A DNA stretch of 64,000 nucleotides, taken from contig OY970194.1 in assembly GCA_963708075.1 (NCBI GenBank), positions 4,032,001 to 4,096,000 of the forward strand, in the 5' to 3' direction. Shown here piece after piece: positions 53,963-63,159 of the stretch. The notes under the pieces were generated by a model. That model did not search any database. It was not told the origin of the DNA and worked only from the letters and a program-made list of their open reading frames with translations. Position 1 is the stretch's first letter; each line of letters starts with the position of its first letter. Made by a program: the position numbers and the translations under genes. Source of the DNA: Sedimentisphaerales bacterium. GTDB taxonomy: Bacteria; Planctomycetota; Phycisphaerae; Sedimentisphaerales; Anaerobacaceae.

Positions 53963-55354
53963 ATGAAGATCACGCTCATAGGCGCGTCTGGGGGGGAAGT
54001 AACCGGCTCGGCCTACGTGGTTCAAACCCGAAAGGCTCGTGTCCTTGTGGATTGCGGGCTCTTTCAAGGCAGCAAACGGGCGGAAGCCAAGAATCGTCTG
54101 CCGGTCAGAGCAGGGACCAGGCTCGATGCGGTGGTTATCACGCACGGCCATCTGGACCATACAGGCCGTCTGCCGGTCCTGGCAAAGCTGGGGTATCGCG
54201 GTCCCGTCTTTGCCACCCAGGCTACCCACGAAATGACAAGTCTTGTGCTGCGCGATAGCGCCAAAATCCAGGAACAGGATACCGAGCGGGTAAATAGGAA
54301 ACGGATGCGCGCGGGTCAGCCGCCCATCGAACCGCTCTACACGACGGAAGATGCGGAGGCGATTCTCGGAGCCTTTCAAGCCGTACCCTACCAGGAACCG
54401 GTACCGATCGCGCCCGGTATCAAGGCCAGCTTTGCGGAGGCCGGGCACATGCTCGGCTCCGCCAGCATCCAATTGATTGTCGAAGAAGAGGGCCGGGAAA
54501 AGAAGGTGGTGTTCTCGGGCGACATCGGGCCCATAAGCGCCTCCCTGTTGCGCCGCTTTGAACCCTTTCATACGGCGGATATGGTGTTCATGGAATCGAC
54601 CTACGGCAACCGCGACCATCGTCCGTTTCGCCGCACGGTCGATGAATTTGTGGAGATCATCCAGGCTGCGGCCGCTTCCCGAAGCAAGATCCTGATCCCC
54701 ACATTTGCGGTCGGTCGGGCACAACTGCTTGTCACTCTGCTGAGCTTGATGTTCCGAAAGAAGAAGGTCGAGCCGTTTCCGGTCTTCCTCGACAGCCCGA
54801 TGGCGATCGAGGCGACGCGCATCTACAGCCGACATCCCGAACTCTTCGATGAAGAGATGCGCAAGTACATCGAGGAAAGGCCCCTGCGGGAAGATCTGAA
54901 AACGCTCACCGCCTGCGTGACGGCCGAGCAATCCAAAGCGATCAATGAAACCCCCGGGCCTTGTCTGGTGATGGCCGGGTCCGGGATGTGCAATGCCGGC
55001 CGGATTCTGTATCATTTGAAACAGAACCTCTGGAAGCCGGAGACTTATGTTCTCATGGTTGGGTACCAGGCGCACGGTACAGTGGGACGTCAACTGGTAG
55101 ACGGGGCCACTCACGTGAAGATATTCGGCGAAACGATCGCGGTCAAAGCAACCATACGTAATCTGGGCGGCTTCAGCGCACATGCCGGACAAACCGATCT
55201 GCTGCGCTGGGTCGGTACCGTTGCCTCCAGCAAACCGGTGATAGTATTGACGCATGGTGAAGACCCTCAACGCCGGTCGCTGGCTCAGAGTATCAAGAAA
55301 CAATATCGGCTCAGGACTCTGTTGCCGATGCAGGGAGACACCATCGAGCTGTGA
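53963..55354 (+). CDS. MBL-fold beta-CASP hydrolase (predicted RNase)
   Basis: THGHLDH, AGHMLGS, FSGD, MESTYG, FSAHA and THGE. Confidence 0.92.
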   Translation: MKITLIGASGGEVTGSAYVVQTRKARVLVDCGLFQGSKRAEAKNRLPVRAGTRLDAVVITHGHLDHTGRLPVLAKLGYRGPVFATQATHEMTSLVLRDSAKIQEQDTERVNRKRMRAGQPPIEPLYTTEDAEAILGAFQAVPYQEPVPIAPGIKASFAEAGHMLGSASIQLIVEEEGREKKVVFSGDIGPISASLLRRFEPFHTADMVFMESTYGNRDHRPFRRTVDEFVEIIQAAAASRSKILIPTFAVGRAQLLVTLLSLMFRKKKVEPFPVFLDSPMAIEATRIYSRHPELFDEEMRKYIEERPLREDLKTLTACVTAEQSKAINETPGPCLVMAGSGMCNAGRILYHLKQNLWKPETYVLMVGYQAHGTVGRQLVDGATHVKIFGETIAVKATIRNLGGFSAHAGQTDLLRWVGTVASSKPVIVLTHGEDPQRRSLAQSIKKQYRLRTLLPMQGDTIEL

Positions 55355-55534
55355 GATATTCCCGGGCGTCTGAAATGCCCATCGATCCTCACATCAACGG
55401 ACTTGGCCAAAGCGCATCTTCGCGATCAAGGCTCTCATCTTGGGATTGTTTGATGATGCGCCAGGACCGGTCCGCCGCGGCTCCGATGCTGAGCCTCCTT
55501 CGAGGTCCCAACCGGCACAGACGGCTCTGGGGAG

Positions 55535-55698
55535 TGGACACCTAAATGGACACCTGAATTGGCACCTACGGCTTTCCCCGGAAGTAACCTGAACCAGCGA
55601 CACACGGATTTTCAGTCTGCTGCGCGCAGAACGCAACCCACGCATTTACAAGCACTTACGAGAGAGAGGAAGGCGAGGTGACACCCCAGATGACACCC
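55535..55698. repeat. att-like site: tRNA-Phe fragment flanked by 12-bp-period GACACC repeats
   Basis: TGGACACCT at 55535 and 55547, TGGCACCT at 55560, TGACACCC at 55679 and 55691. Between them, 55590-55617 reads GACTGAAAATCCGTGTGTCGCTGGTTCA on the minus strand (GAA anticodon arm to T loop). Confidence 0.7.
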
Positions 55699-55703
55699 GA
55701 AAT

Positions 55704-56345
55704 TCAGAAACCAGGTGAAGGCGACCTCAGGAACTCCGACCAGCGGGTCTCTCGTGCTCGGTCCGGACCAGGGGTGAAGCCATTTCGCTTGAGGACGTTG
55801 TCGATGGTCGTGTGGCAGATGTTATGCCCCAGGTACTTCAACTGTCCCTTGATCCGCCGCGAGCCCCAGGTTTTATTCTTGCGGGCGATCTGGACGATGA
55901 GCTGCTCTACCTCCTCGGAGATTCGCTTCCTGCCCGGCTTGCTCTTCTTCTTGCTGCCGTCGTACTTGCGGGCAATGAGATTGCGGTGCCAGCGGAGAAT
56001 CGTGTCTGGGGAGAAGACGCCGCAGGCATCGTTCAGGACGGATCGTCCCAAGCGTATGCCCAACCGTGCCAGTCGCATTCGCTTGGTGCCGAGTTTCTCC
56101 CGCAGAATCCTGTTCTCTTCCTTGAGGTACACGATCCCATCCTGCTGATGCCGGTTGATCCATCCCGCCAGCATCATCAAAAGCATGCCCATGAGTTTTA
56201 CTTTCATCACCACTCCACCCTTTTACCTTCCAACCTTCCAGCCGGAGAATCAAGGTGAGTTATTATAGCCGGGATGCTCGGTAAGAGCGACCACTTTGCC
56301 GCCCGCTTCACTGTGCCCATAGGGCCGAGATTTGTTGACGCTACA
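55704..56345 (-). mobile_element. 5' remnant of an integrase-core (IS481-like) transposase element
   Basis: MLAGWINRHQQDGIVYLKEENRILRE, PDTILRWHR, WGSRRIKGQL and WSEFLRS, ending before the DDE core. Candidate left end TGTAGCGTCAACAAATCTC starts at 56345. Confidence 0.78.
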
Positions 56346-56403
56346 ACGAAAACGCACTCGTGTAAACCATGAAGTGGGCCGACAGGGCCGTGTGAGGCGG
56401 GAA

Positions 56404-56432
56404 TTGAGTTTGCGCGGCGGGCGTGGTAGAAT
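56404..56432 (+). promoter_or_regulatory. Sigma70-like promoter of the ABC-F gene
   Basis: TTGAGT-N17-TAGAAT with a TGn extended -10. Confidence 0.45.
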
Positions 56433-56493
56433 GGCGGGGGTATGGTCGCTGACGGAACCCTGGAATCGACATGATGCGGGATTGTTCTATACG

Positions 56494-58389
56494 ATGGCAT
56501 TGGTATCGCTGCAAGAGATCAGTATCGCCTTTGGCGGGCCCCCGCTGCTGGATGGGGTCAGTCTTCAAATCGACAAGCAACAGCGGATCGGTCTGCTGGG
56601 CCGCAATGGGACCGGCAAGTCGACGCTGATGAAAATCCTCGCCGGACAGGTCGTCCCGGATGCGGGGACCGTGCAGGCGGAATCGGGACTGAAGATCGCG
56701 TACTTCTCGCAGACGATCCCGCATGACCTCGATGGCTCGGTCTTCGAGATCATCGCGCGGGGCCTGGGCCAACGCGGCGAGTTGATGGTGCGCTATCATC
56801 GCGAGGAAGCGCGGCTGGCGGCGCATCCCGATCCCGACCACAGCCGGCTTCACCAGTTGCACGAACAACTGGACGCCCATCGTGCGTGGTCGGTGCTCGA
56901 GGAAATCGCGAGCATCACGACACGCATGAGCCTGGACCCCGACGGGGACTATCCTGCCCTTTCGGGCGGTCAGAAGCGGCGTGTGCTGCTGGCGGCGGCG
57001 CTGGTGTGCGAGCCCGACCTGCTCCTGCTGGATGAGCCGACGAACCATTTGGATATCGACTCGATCGCCTGGCTGGAGAGCTATCTGCTCGGGATGGGCA
57101 AGACGTTGCTGTTCGTCACGCACGACCGCATGCTGCTGCGCAGGCTGGCCACGCGGATCATCGAGATCGACCGGGGGCAGTTGTTCGACTGGTCGTGCGA
57201 CTACGACACGTTCCTCGAACGAAAGCAGGCGACGCTCGAGGCGCAGGAGAAGGAGTGGGAACGATTCGACAAGAAGCTGGCCCAGGAAGAGGTCTGGATT
57301 CGCCAGGGAATCAAGGCCCGGCGCCACCGCAACGAAGGGCGCGTGCAGGCCCTGCTGAAGATGCGAGCCGAGCGTCAGGTGCGGCGCGAGAAGCTGGGGA
57401 CCGCCACGTTGAAGCTGGCCGAGGCCCAGAACTCGGGCACGATGGTGCTGGAGGCCAAGGGCGTCGGCTACAGCTACGACAACAAGCCGCTGATCAAGGA
57501 TTTCGACGTGATGGTCGCGCGGGGTGACAAGATCGGCATCATCGGACCCAATGGGTGCGGCAAGACCACGCTGGTTCGGCTGCTGCTGGGCGAGCTGTCG
57601 CCGCAGACGGGCACGGTCCGGCAGGGAACGCAACTGTCGATCACGTACTTCGATCAGTTGCGACGGCAGCTCGACGAGGACAAGAGCGTCTGGGAGAACG
57701 TGCTGCCCAACGGGAGCACCGTGACCATCGACGGCAAGAGCAAGCACATCATCGGCTATCTCCAGGACTTTCTTTTCACGCCGGAGCGGGCCAAGACGCG
57801 CGTCCGCTGCCTCTCCGGCGGGGAACGCAACCGGCTGCTGCTGGCCCAGCTCTTCACCCAACCCGCCAACCTGCTGGTCCTCGACGAGCCAACCAACGAT
57901 CTGGACAGCGAGACGCTGGAACTGCTCGAAGAGCTGCTGGTCAACTTCAAGGGGACCGTGCTGCTGATCTGCCACGATCGGGCGTTTCTCGACAACGTCG
58001 TCACCAGCACATGGGTCTTCACGGGCGACGGCGCGATCGAAGAATACGTCGGCGGCTACAAGGACTGGCGCCGGCAGCAGAGCCAGGAAGCGCCCGAGCC
58101 CGAGACGCCCAAGGTCGACAAGAAGAAGCTCTACAAGGAAGCCCGCAAGGCCAGCCAAACGCGGAAGCTCTCGTTCAAGGAGTCCAGAGAGTTGGAGTCG
58201 CTGCCGGCGCTGATCGAGTCGCTGGAAGGCGAGCTGGAGGTCGTGCACAACCAACTGGCCGATCCGGCGTTCTATCGCAACCGGGACAACGCCATACTCA
58301 TCAAGAAGCGACTGGCCGAGATCGAAGCCCAACACGCCCAAGCCTTCGAGCGCTGGGAGCATCTCGAATCCATCGCCTCGGCGTCCTAA
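56494..58389 (+). CDS. uup: ABC-F family ATPase Uup
   Basis: GRNGTGKS, EEVWIRQGIKARR.RNEGRV linker, GPNGCGKT, LSGGERNRL and C-terminal KLSFKE...RWEHLE. Confidence 0.92.
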   Translation: MALVSLQEISIAFGGPPLLDGVSLQIDKQQRIGLLGRNGTGKSTLMKILAGQVVPDAGTVQAESGLKIAYFSQTIPHDLDGSVFEIIARGLGQRGELMVRYHREEARLAAHPDPDHSRLHQLHEQLDAHRAWSVLEEIASITTRMSLDPDGDYPALSGGQKRRVLLAAALVCEPDLLLLDEPTNHLDIDSIAWLESYLLGMGKTLLFVTHDRMLLRRLATRIIEIDRGQLFDWSCDYDTFLERKQATLEAQEKEWERFDKKLAQEEVWIRQGIKARRHRNEGRVQALLKMRAERQVRREKLGTATLKLAEAQNSGTMVLEAKGVGYSYDNKPLIKDFDVMVARGDKIGIIGPNGCGKTTLVRLLLGELSPQTGTVRQGTQLSITYFDQLRRQLDEDKSVWENVLPNGSTVTIDGKSKHIIGYLQDFLFTPERAKTRVRCLSGGERNRLLLAQLFTQPANLLVLDEPTNDLDSETLELLEELLVNFKGTVLLICHDRAFLDNVVTSTWVFTGDGAIEEYVGGYKDWRRQQSQEAPEPETPKVDKKKLYKEARKASQTRKLSFKESRELESLPALIESLEGELEVVHNQLADPAFYRNRDNAILIKKRLAEIEAQHAQAFERWEHLESIASAS

Positions 58390-58390
58390 G

Positions 58391-58421
58391 AACCTGAACC
58401 AGCGACACACGGGTTTTCAGT
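58391..58421 (-). repeat. tRNA-Phe-derived fragment, copy 2
   Basis: 30 of 31 bp identical to 55586-55616. Starts two bases after the uup stop. TGTTGCGCA is repeated at 58537 and 58549. Confidence 0.8.
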
Positions 58422-59043
58422 TCGGAGCTTGCAATTGTCAGTGCTTGTGCAATAAGGGTTTATGCTTGTAAAATAGAGGCCTATGACGCTGGCCGTAGCG
58501 TGGCAGAAGCGTGCGCGAAGCGCAACCGAAGGTCGTTGTTGCGCATTCTGTTGCGCACCCCGGCTTGGGTTGATCCATTCCATGCATCCTGTTTGGCTCC
58601 GGCTTCGGCGGGGCCTTCGCCTACGCCAAACAGGCGGCGACGTTCGTCGCCGACATCATATAGCCTAAGGAGCTGTCGCTGCTGGCCAGCCTCCCCGACC
58701 TGCCCCTCTGCCGCGGCACCCCCAATACCCCGCACGGCGTCGTCCAGAAGCGTAAACTTATTCGTCCACGTCATCAGATGCCCCTGCGGCAGGGCTCTTA
58801 GAGCCCGCCAAGCTACTGCCAGCAGACGATTTCGCCGTCCTGCCGGCATCATCCAGAGCATTCCTATGGGGTTTACTTTTACCGCCACTCCAAGCTCTCT
58901 AGTCTTGAGCGATCTTTCACAACTGCAGGGCCTTGGTAGTGTAACCACAGTGCCTATGAGAATCGACCGGTTTCCTGTCAATTCAGCCGCCACTGGGCGG
59001 TCCGATGGCCGCTTGACAGGCACAGCCTCTCTGCTCGGAGAGT

Positions 59044-60416
59044 TCAAAGATAGCCGATGCGGTCTTTGAACGTCATTCGCTGCTTGTCGAACATCAGTGT
59101 GACGTGGCCCGCAGGGCCATTGCGATGCTTGGCGATGTCGATCTCGCAGGCCTCGGTGTGCCCATAACTCATGTCCTTGCGACGGTAATAGTCTTCTCGG
59201 AACAGCAGCATGATCACATCGGCGTCCTGGTCGAGGGACCCAAACGCGCGCAGGTCGCTGAGCCGGGGGCATACGTTCTCTCGGCCCTCCGCCTCGGGGC
59301 TCAACTGACTCGCCAAAAGGACCGGCACGTCGGCCGTCTGCGCCATCCTCTTGACCGCCCGACTCAGTTCCGTCGCCAGCTGCCCGAGGTTCTGGTGATT
59401 GTCCTCCGTCATCATCAACTGGAAATAGTCGATGACCACCAGACCGATCTTGTGACGCCGCCCATATTGCTTCAAAAGCATCGCCTGTTCCGTTGGTGTA
59501 TGTCCCCCGCTGGTGAAGAACAAAGGCGGGCTTTGCTTCTCGTATTTGGCCGCGGCGGTGAACAAGGCCTCCTTCTTCTCGATGTCCAGACGAGGATTAT
59601 GCCGGACTTCAGACAGCGGCAGGCCGGCCAGCATGCACAGGGCCCGGTTCCGGAGTTGCGGCACCGTCATCTCCAGACTGATGAACAGAACGCCGGTGCC
59701 GGCCATCGCCGCGTTCAGGGCCATGTGGAGGGCCAGCGAGGTCTTGCCCATGGAGGGACGCGCCCCGATCACTACCAAGTCTCCGGGATAGAAGCCTCGG
59801 ATCTGGTCGTCGATCCCTATAAAGCCGGAGCCCACGCGTCGCGCCGATTCAGCGTGCAACGCGTGGGCATGCTGAACCAGGCCGTCCCCCAAGCCGACGA
59901 GACTCTGGTCGGCTCTCGGCGTGTCCAGTTGTAGGACCCGCTCCGTGATCTGTTTGATCTTCTCGCTGGACGGCCCCGGTTCGCGGGCCATCTTCTCGAT
60001 GTCCGCGCTGAGCAGCAGCAGCGCGCGGTCCTTGCTGCGTTCGAGCACAAGGTCCGCATAGTAAGTGATATCGGGGATCGAGGGACCCAGCTCGGCGATG
60101 TGCTGCAAGTAGGACCAACTGACCTCTACGTCGTCGGCCTTGGTATCCTTGTCGGAATACTTGCCCATGCGCCAAGCTCTTCGCGAAGGGCGGCGGCGTC
60201 GATCTGGCTTTGGTCCGCCATCGAAGGTCTCGTGCACAGAGCCACCAGGGCGTCGTAGATGGTCCGGTGAGCGGGGTAGTAGAAGGCCTCTTCGGTGATC
60301 CGCCCCATGATGCTGCCAATCTGGCGCGGCTCGGACATCATCGCGCTGAGCAGATTGCCTTCCGCGTCTTTATCGGCCGCCAACTCCTTGACGCCACGCC
60401 TTGTCTTTCTTGCCAT
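59044..60416 (-). CDS. DnaB-like helicase paralogue, frameshift at about 60172 and divergent motifs
   Basis: N-domain AEGNLLSAM...FYYPAHRTIY (ORF 60126..60416). ATPase domain GARPSMGKTS, ISLEM, IDYFQLM, LSDLR, QDAD and IAKHRNGP (ORF 59044..60237). Confidence 0.8.
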
Positions 60417-60530
60417 AAGTGGATTTCCTCAGGCTGTATTTCCCCCTTGCACCGTCAAATGGGGTAGGGCATGACGATATTTGCACCCTACGGGCAAAAA
60501 GGCAGATGTAGCCCGCCCAGTGCACCCTTG

Positions 60531-60833
60531 CTATTCATCGTTCTCCATTGGCACTCGGACGCGGTTCACGGTATGCACCTTGCCCGTCTTCTTGGAAAGC
60601 TCCGAGGCCCGTGCCTCCGCCTCAGATTGTCCCTGATATGGGAAAGATGCAACCTCCTTGGAATTCGCGTCAACGACTTTCCAAATGAATTTCATACGCT
60701 TCTGTGTTGGCGAGGTCTTTCTGGAGCCGGACGCCTTTCGGACATCTTTTTTCGGTTCCTTATCCTCGACCTCTATCGAAGCTTCCTCGGCCATCCGTTC
60801 AATTCGTTGCTTATTAGACAGTCGCTTCGCCAT
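60531..60833 (-). CDS. Small charged hypothetical protein
   Basis: MAKRLSNKQRIE...KRMKFIWKVVD...VASFPY..SEAEARASEL. From memory it resembles a conserved planctomycete hypothetical protein; unverified. Confidence 0.6.
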   Translation of the reverse strand: MAKRLSNKQRIERMAEEASIEVEDKEPKKDVRKASGSRKTSPTQKRMKFIWKVVDANSKEVASFPYQGQSEAEARASELSKKTGKVHTVNRVRVPMENDE

Positions 60834-61022
60834 AGGATCATCCATTTCTCAGAGTCGCCTGATAGAACATTTTGCGTACCCATACTACAGGCGGGACTTT
60901 ATCAGATATACCGTGGCTGTGCAAATCCTTTTGACAGCTTCTGGAAGTCAGCCTGCACAAACCATCAAATGGCAGGCAAAGGCCATTCATCGTCTCTTGG
61001 AGTATGCTCCTGGAGGAAATGC

Positions 61023-61213
61023 GTGGTGGAGCGTTGGCGGATGGACTACAATTACTACCGGCCCCACAGTAGCTTGGACTATGCGACCTCGGCAGGCTTT
61101 GCTGGACGGTGTCAGCAGGCCGGTTATATCAGGTCGCATCAGCCGGTGCTCGCTGGAGTGCACGCTTGTGCATTCCTCTCGTAGACACTGGACCCACAAA
61201 AGGGGGCAGACCA
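61023..61213 (+). mobile_element. IS3-family 3' remnant with right end
   Basis: VVERWRMDYNYYRPHSSLDY (OrfB C-terminal signature) followed by ...GGACCCACAAAAGGGGGCAGACCA, ending in CA. Confidence 0.72.
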
Positions 61214-61273
61214 TGATCGATGGCTGTGATGGTATGGGCCCAAAGGAAAGGCTGAAAGAATCTTAAACGGCTG

Positions 61274-61912
61274 ATGACGGATTCAACAATGACAGAGCGG
61301 AATACACCCAAGGAATGTGCCGCGTCTTCTGACACAGCACGGCCTCGGATGACCAAGGAGCAGATCAATGCGCATCCGATTAGAAAATATCAGGGACGCA
61401 TCCATTTGATTCACAGATCCGAACAAATCGAGCAGGCGGTCAGGCAGTTGGAAAAGGAGAAGGTCCTGGGGTTTGACACGGAAACACGGCCCACGTTTCG
61501 AGTGGGGCAGAGCTACCTGCCTGCGGTCCTGCAATTGGTCGGGGAACAAGCGGCCTACATCTTTCAATTGCAGCATTGCCGTTTGTCCAAGGCTTTATGT
61601 CGGCTGCTGGCCAATCCAAAGATCATTAAGGCGGGCGTCGCTTTGGATCGTGATGTGAAGGAATTGAATAAGTTGGCCTCGTTCAAACCTGCGGGATTTG
61701 TGGATGTGGGAGAACTTGCCAAGCAGGCAGGTTGTATGAATCATGGTCTTCGTGGGCTGGCCACGCTGTTGCTGGGATTCCGGGTGTCCAAGAAGTTCCA
61801 GACTTCAAACTGGGCCAACGGAACATTGACTCGTGCGCAGCTCGAATATGCTGCAACGGACGCCTGGGTGGGGCGAGAGCTGTATCAGAAGCTGCAACCG
61901 CTGTTGCCTTGA
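61274..61912 (+). CDS. DEDDy 3'-5' exonuclease (RNase D/WRN-like)
   Basis: LGFDTETRP, LQL, RDVKEL, QTSNW and EYAATDAW. Confidence 0.9.
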   Translation: MTDSTMTERNTPKECAASSDTARPRMTKEQINAHPIRKYQGRIHLIHRSEQIEQAVRQLEKEKVLGFDTETRPTFRVGQSYLPAVLQLVGEQAAYIFQLQHCRLSKALCRLLANPKIIKAGVALDRDVKELNKLASFKPAGFVDVGELAKQAGCMNHGLRGLATLLLGFRVSKKFQTSNWANGTLTRAQLEYAATDAWVGRELYQKLQPLLP

Positions 61913-61982
61913 TCGCCATAACAGGGCCCGATTCATAACGTGGCAGTCAAGATGGCTATTGGCGTATGGTGCAAATATCATC

Positions 61983-62010
61983 CCTGAACCAGCGACACAC
62001 AGATTCTTCA
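61983..62010 (-). repeat. tRNA-Phe-derived fragment, copy 3 (degenerate)
   Basis: CCTGAACCAGCGACACAC (61983-62000) is identical to copies 1 and 2, followed by AGATTCTTCA. Confidence 0.72.
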
Positions 62011-62352
62011 CGATCACATCCTGCTGATGCCGGTTGATCCAGTCAGCCAGCATCATCAAGAGCATGCCCATCGGTTTGACTTTCATCACCATCCGTCCTT
62101 TCACACTCCAACCATCCATCCAGGGAACCAAGACGAGCCATTATAGTGGAAAGCGTTGGTGAGAACGATGGCCTTCGGCAGCTTTTTTCATCCCGTGTGA
62201 AAACAGGATCATCGAACTGCAGCACGAGAGCTGTCACAACAAGATCATCTGCGTTGAGCATTTGCGCGAATCGTCAAAATCCTGCCGCCCCAAGGCTGCG
62301 CGACACCCTGCAATCACTCGTGTTACACATAGATGATCTTGCGCACCATGCG
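62010..62352. mobile_element. Rearranged remnants of the same IS481-like element
   Basis: Minus strand MKVKPMGMLLMMLADWINRHQQDVIV with a leader homologous to 56200-56315. It is back-to-back with plus strand ENRIIELQHE...IICVEHL...CRPKAA, which resembles a degenerate transposase C-terminus. Confidence 0.62.
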
Positions 62353-62508
62353 ACATCTTTTGTGCTTGGCAGCGGGTGCTGGCGGGTCGGTCCACACAAA
62401 GATCAATACGCGTGGATACGTTCTGAAGACATGATTTCCGGGCTGGTAGTGTTTCATTATCCGGCAGATGGATAGGGTGTGGCGTGGTTGTCCTTTTATG
62501 GTTCTCCA

Positions 62509-63105
62509 TCACTTCTGACCGGGTTGCATGAGCCGGGCCCGACGCATCAACTCGCCTGCAATCGCGATGATGCTGATATGGCTGCGCTCGACGTGCAGGG
62601 AGGCCGAGACCTTGTCGGCCACTTCCTTTTCGGCGGCCATGAACTTGCCCGCGGCGTCGGTGAGTCTCCCTGTGACGGAGCACCGGCCGGCCTTGGCCAC
62701 CTGGACCGCTGCGTACTTGAACGTCGGCTGCTTACTGACAGGATCCCAACCGGTGAACGTCAATTCGTTGGCGGCCCGGGCCCGCCCGTCGGGTCCGCCA
62801 TGCTCGGACCCGGGCTCGTCCCAGTAGCCGTAGTGGAATGGAATGAACACGTGGCCGGGGAGGATGTCGCCGATCTGAGCCAGGGCGGTGATCGTGGCCC
62901 GACGGGAAGCAACCTCCACCATGTCACCCTCATGGATGCCCAGCCGTCGCGCATCCTCTTCGTTGATCTGGACAAACGCATCGGGCGCCGCATCGTAAAG
63001 TTCCCGTGATTGACCGGTCTTGGTGCGCGTGTGGAAATGGTACACGATCCGGCCCGTGGTCGCCCAGAACGGATACTTGTCGTCGGGCACTTCAGGGTAA
63101 ACGGT
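62509..63105 (-). pseudogene. C-terminal fragment of a molybdopterin oxidoreductase (nitrate reductase/formate dehydrogenase type)
   Basis: YPFWATTGR..YHFHTRTKTG, VASRR, VFIPFHYG, AANELT and DPVSKQPTFK. The catalytic N-terminal domains are absent. Confidence 0.85.
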
Positions 63106-63131
63106 CAACCAGTCCGTTACCCGGCCCGATA

Positions 63132-63159
63132 AATCGCAAAAACCACGCTTTTTGCGATT
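63132..63159. repeat. Perfect 11-bp inverted repeat
   Basis: AATCGCAAAAA-ccacgc-TTTTTGCGATT, overlapping TTGACA at 63158. Confidence 0.7.

Noticed and set aside
55586..55620. Functional tRNA-Phe gene
   Set aside because: Only the anticodon-to-T-loop part is present, with no D arm or acceptor stem. The same holds for the other two copies.
55535..55698. CRISPR array
   Set aside because: Repeats are 8-9 bp at 12-bp period with no spacers. The 18-31 bp repeats are kilobases apart and no cas genes are present.
56341..58410. 689-aa ORF on the minus strand
   Set aside because: Antisense shadow of uup. The same applies to 49057..50574, 53852..55303, 43074..44429 and 12840..14135 opposite their genes.
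58481..59040. ORFs between uup and the DnaB-like gene
   Set aside because: Overlapping frames with no recognisable family and an internal stop in the most codon-like frame. Probably debris.
60464..60491. GTAG-type REP hairpin (GTAGGGCA...TGCACCCTAC)
   Set aside because: Imperfect, and its right half is better explained as the recurrent IS-end motif. Not fully excluded.
60471..61184. 237-aa ORF as a real gene
   Set aside because: Chance read-through across the antisense of a small gene into an IS3 remnant.
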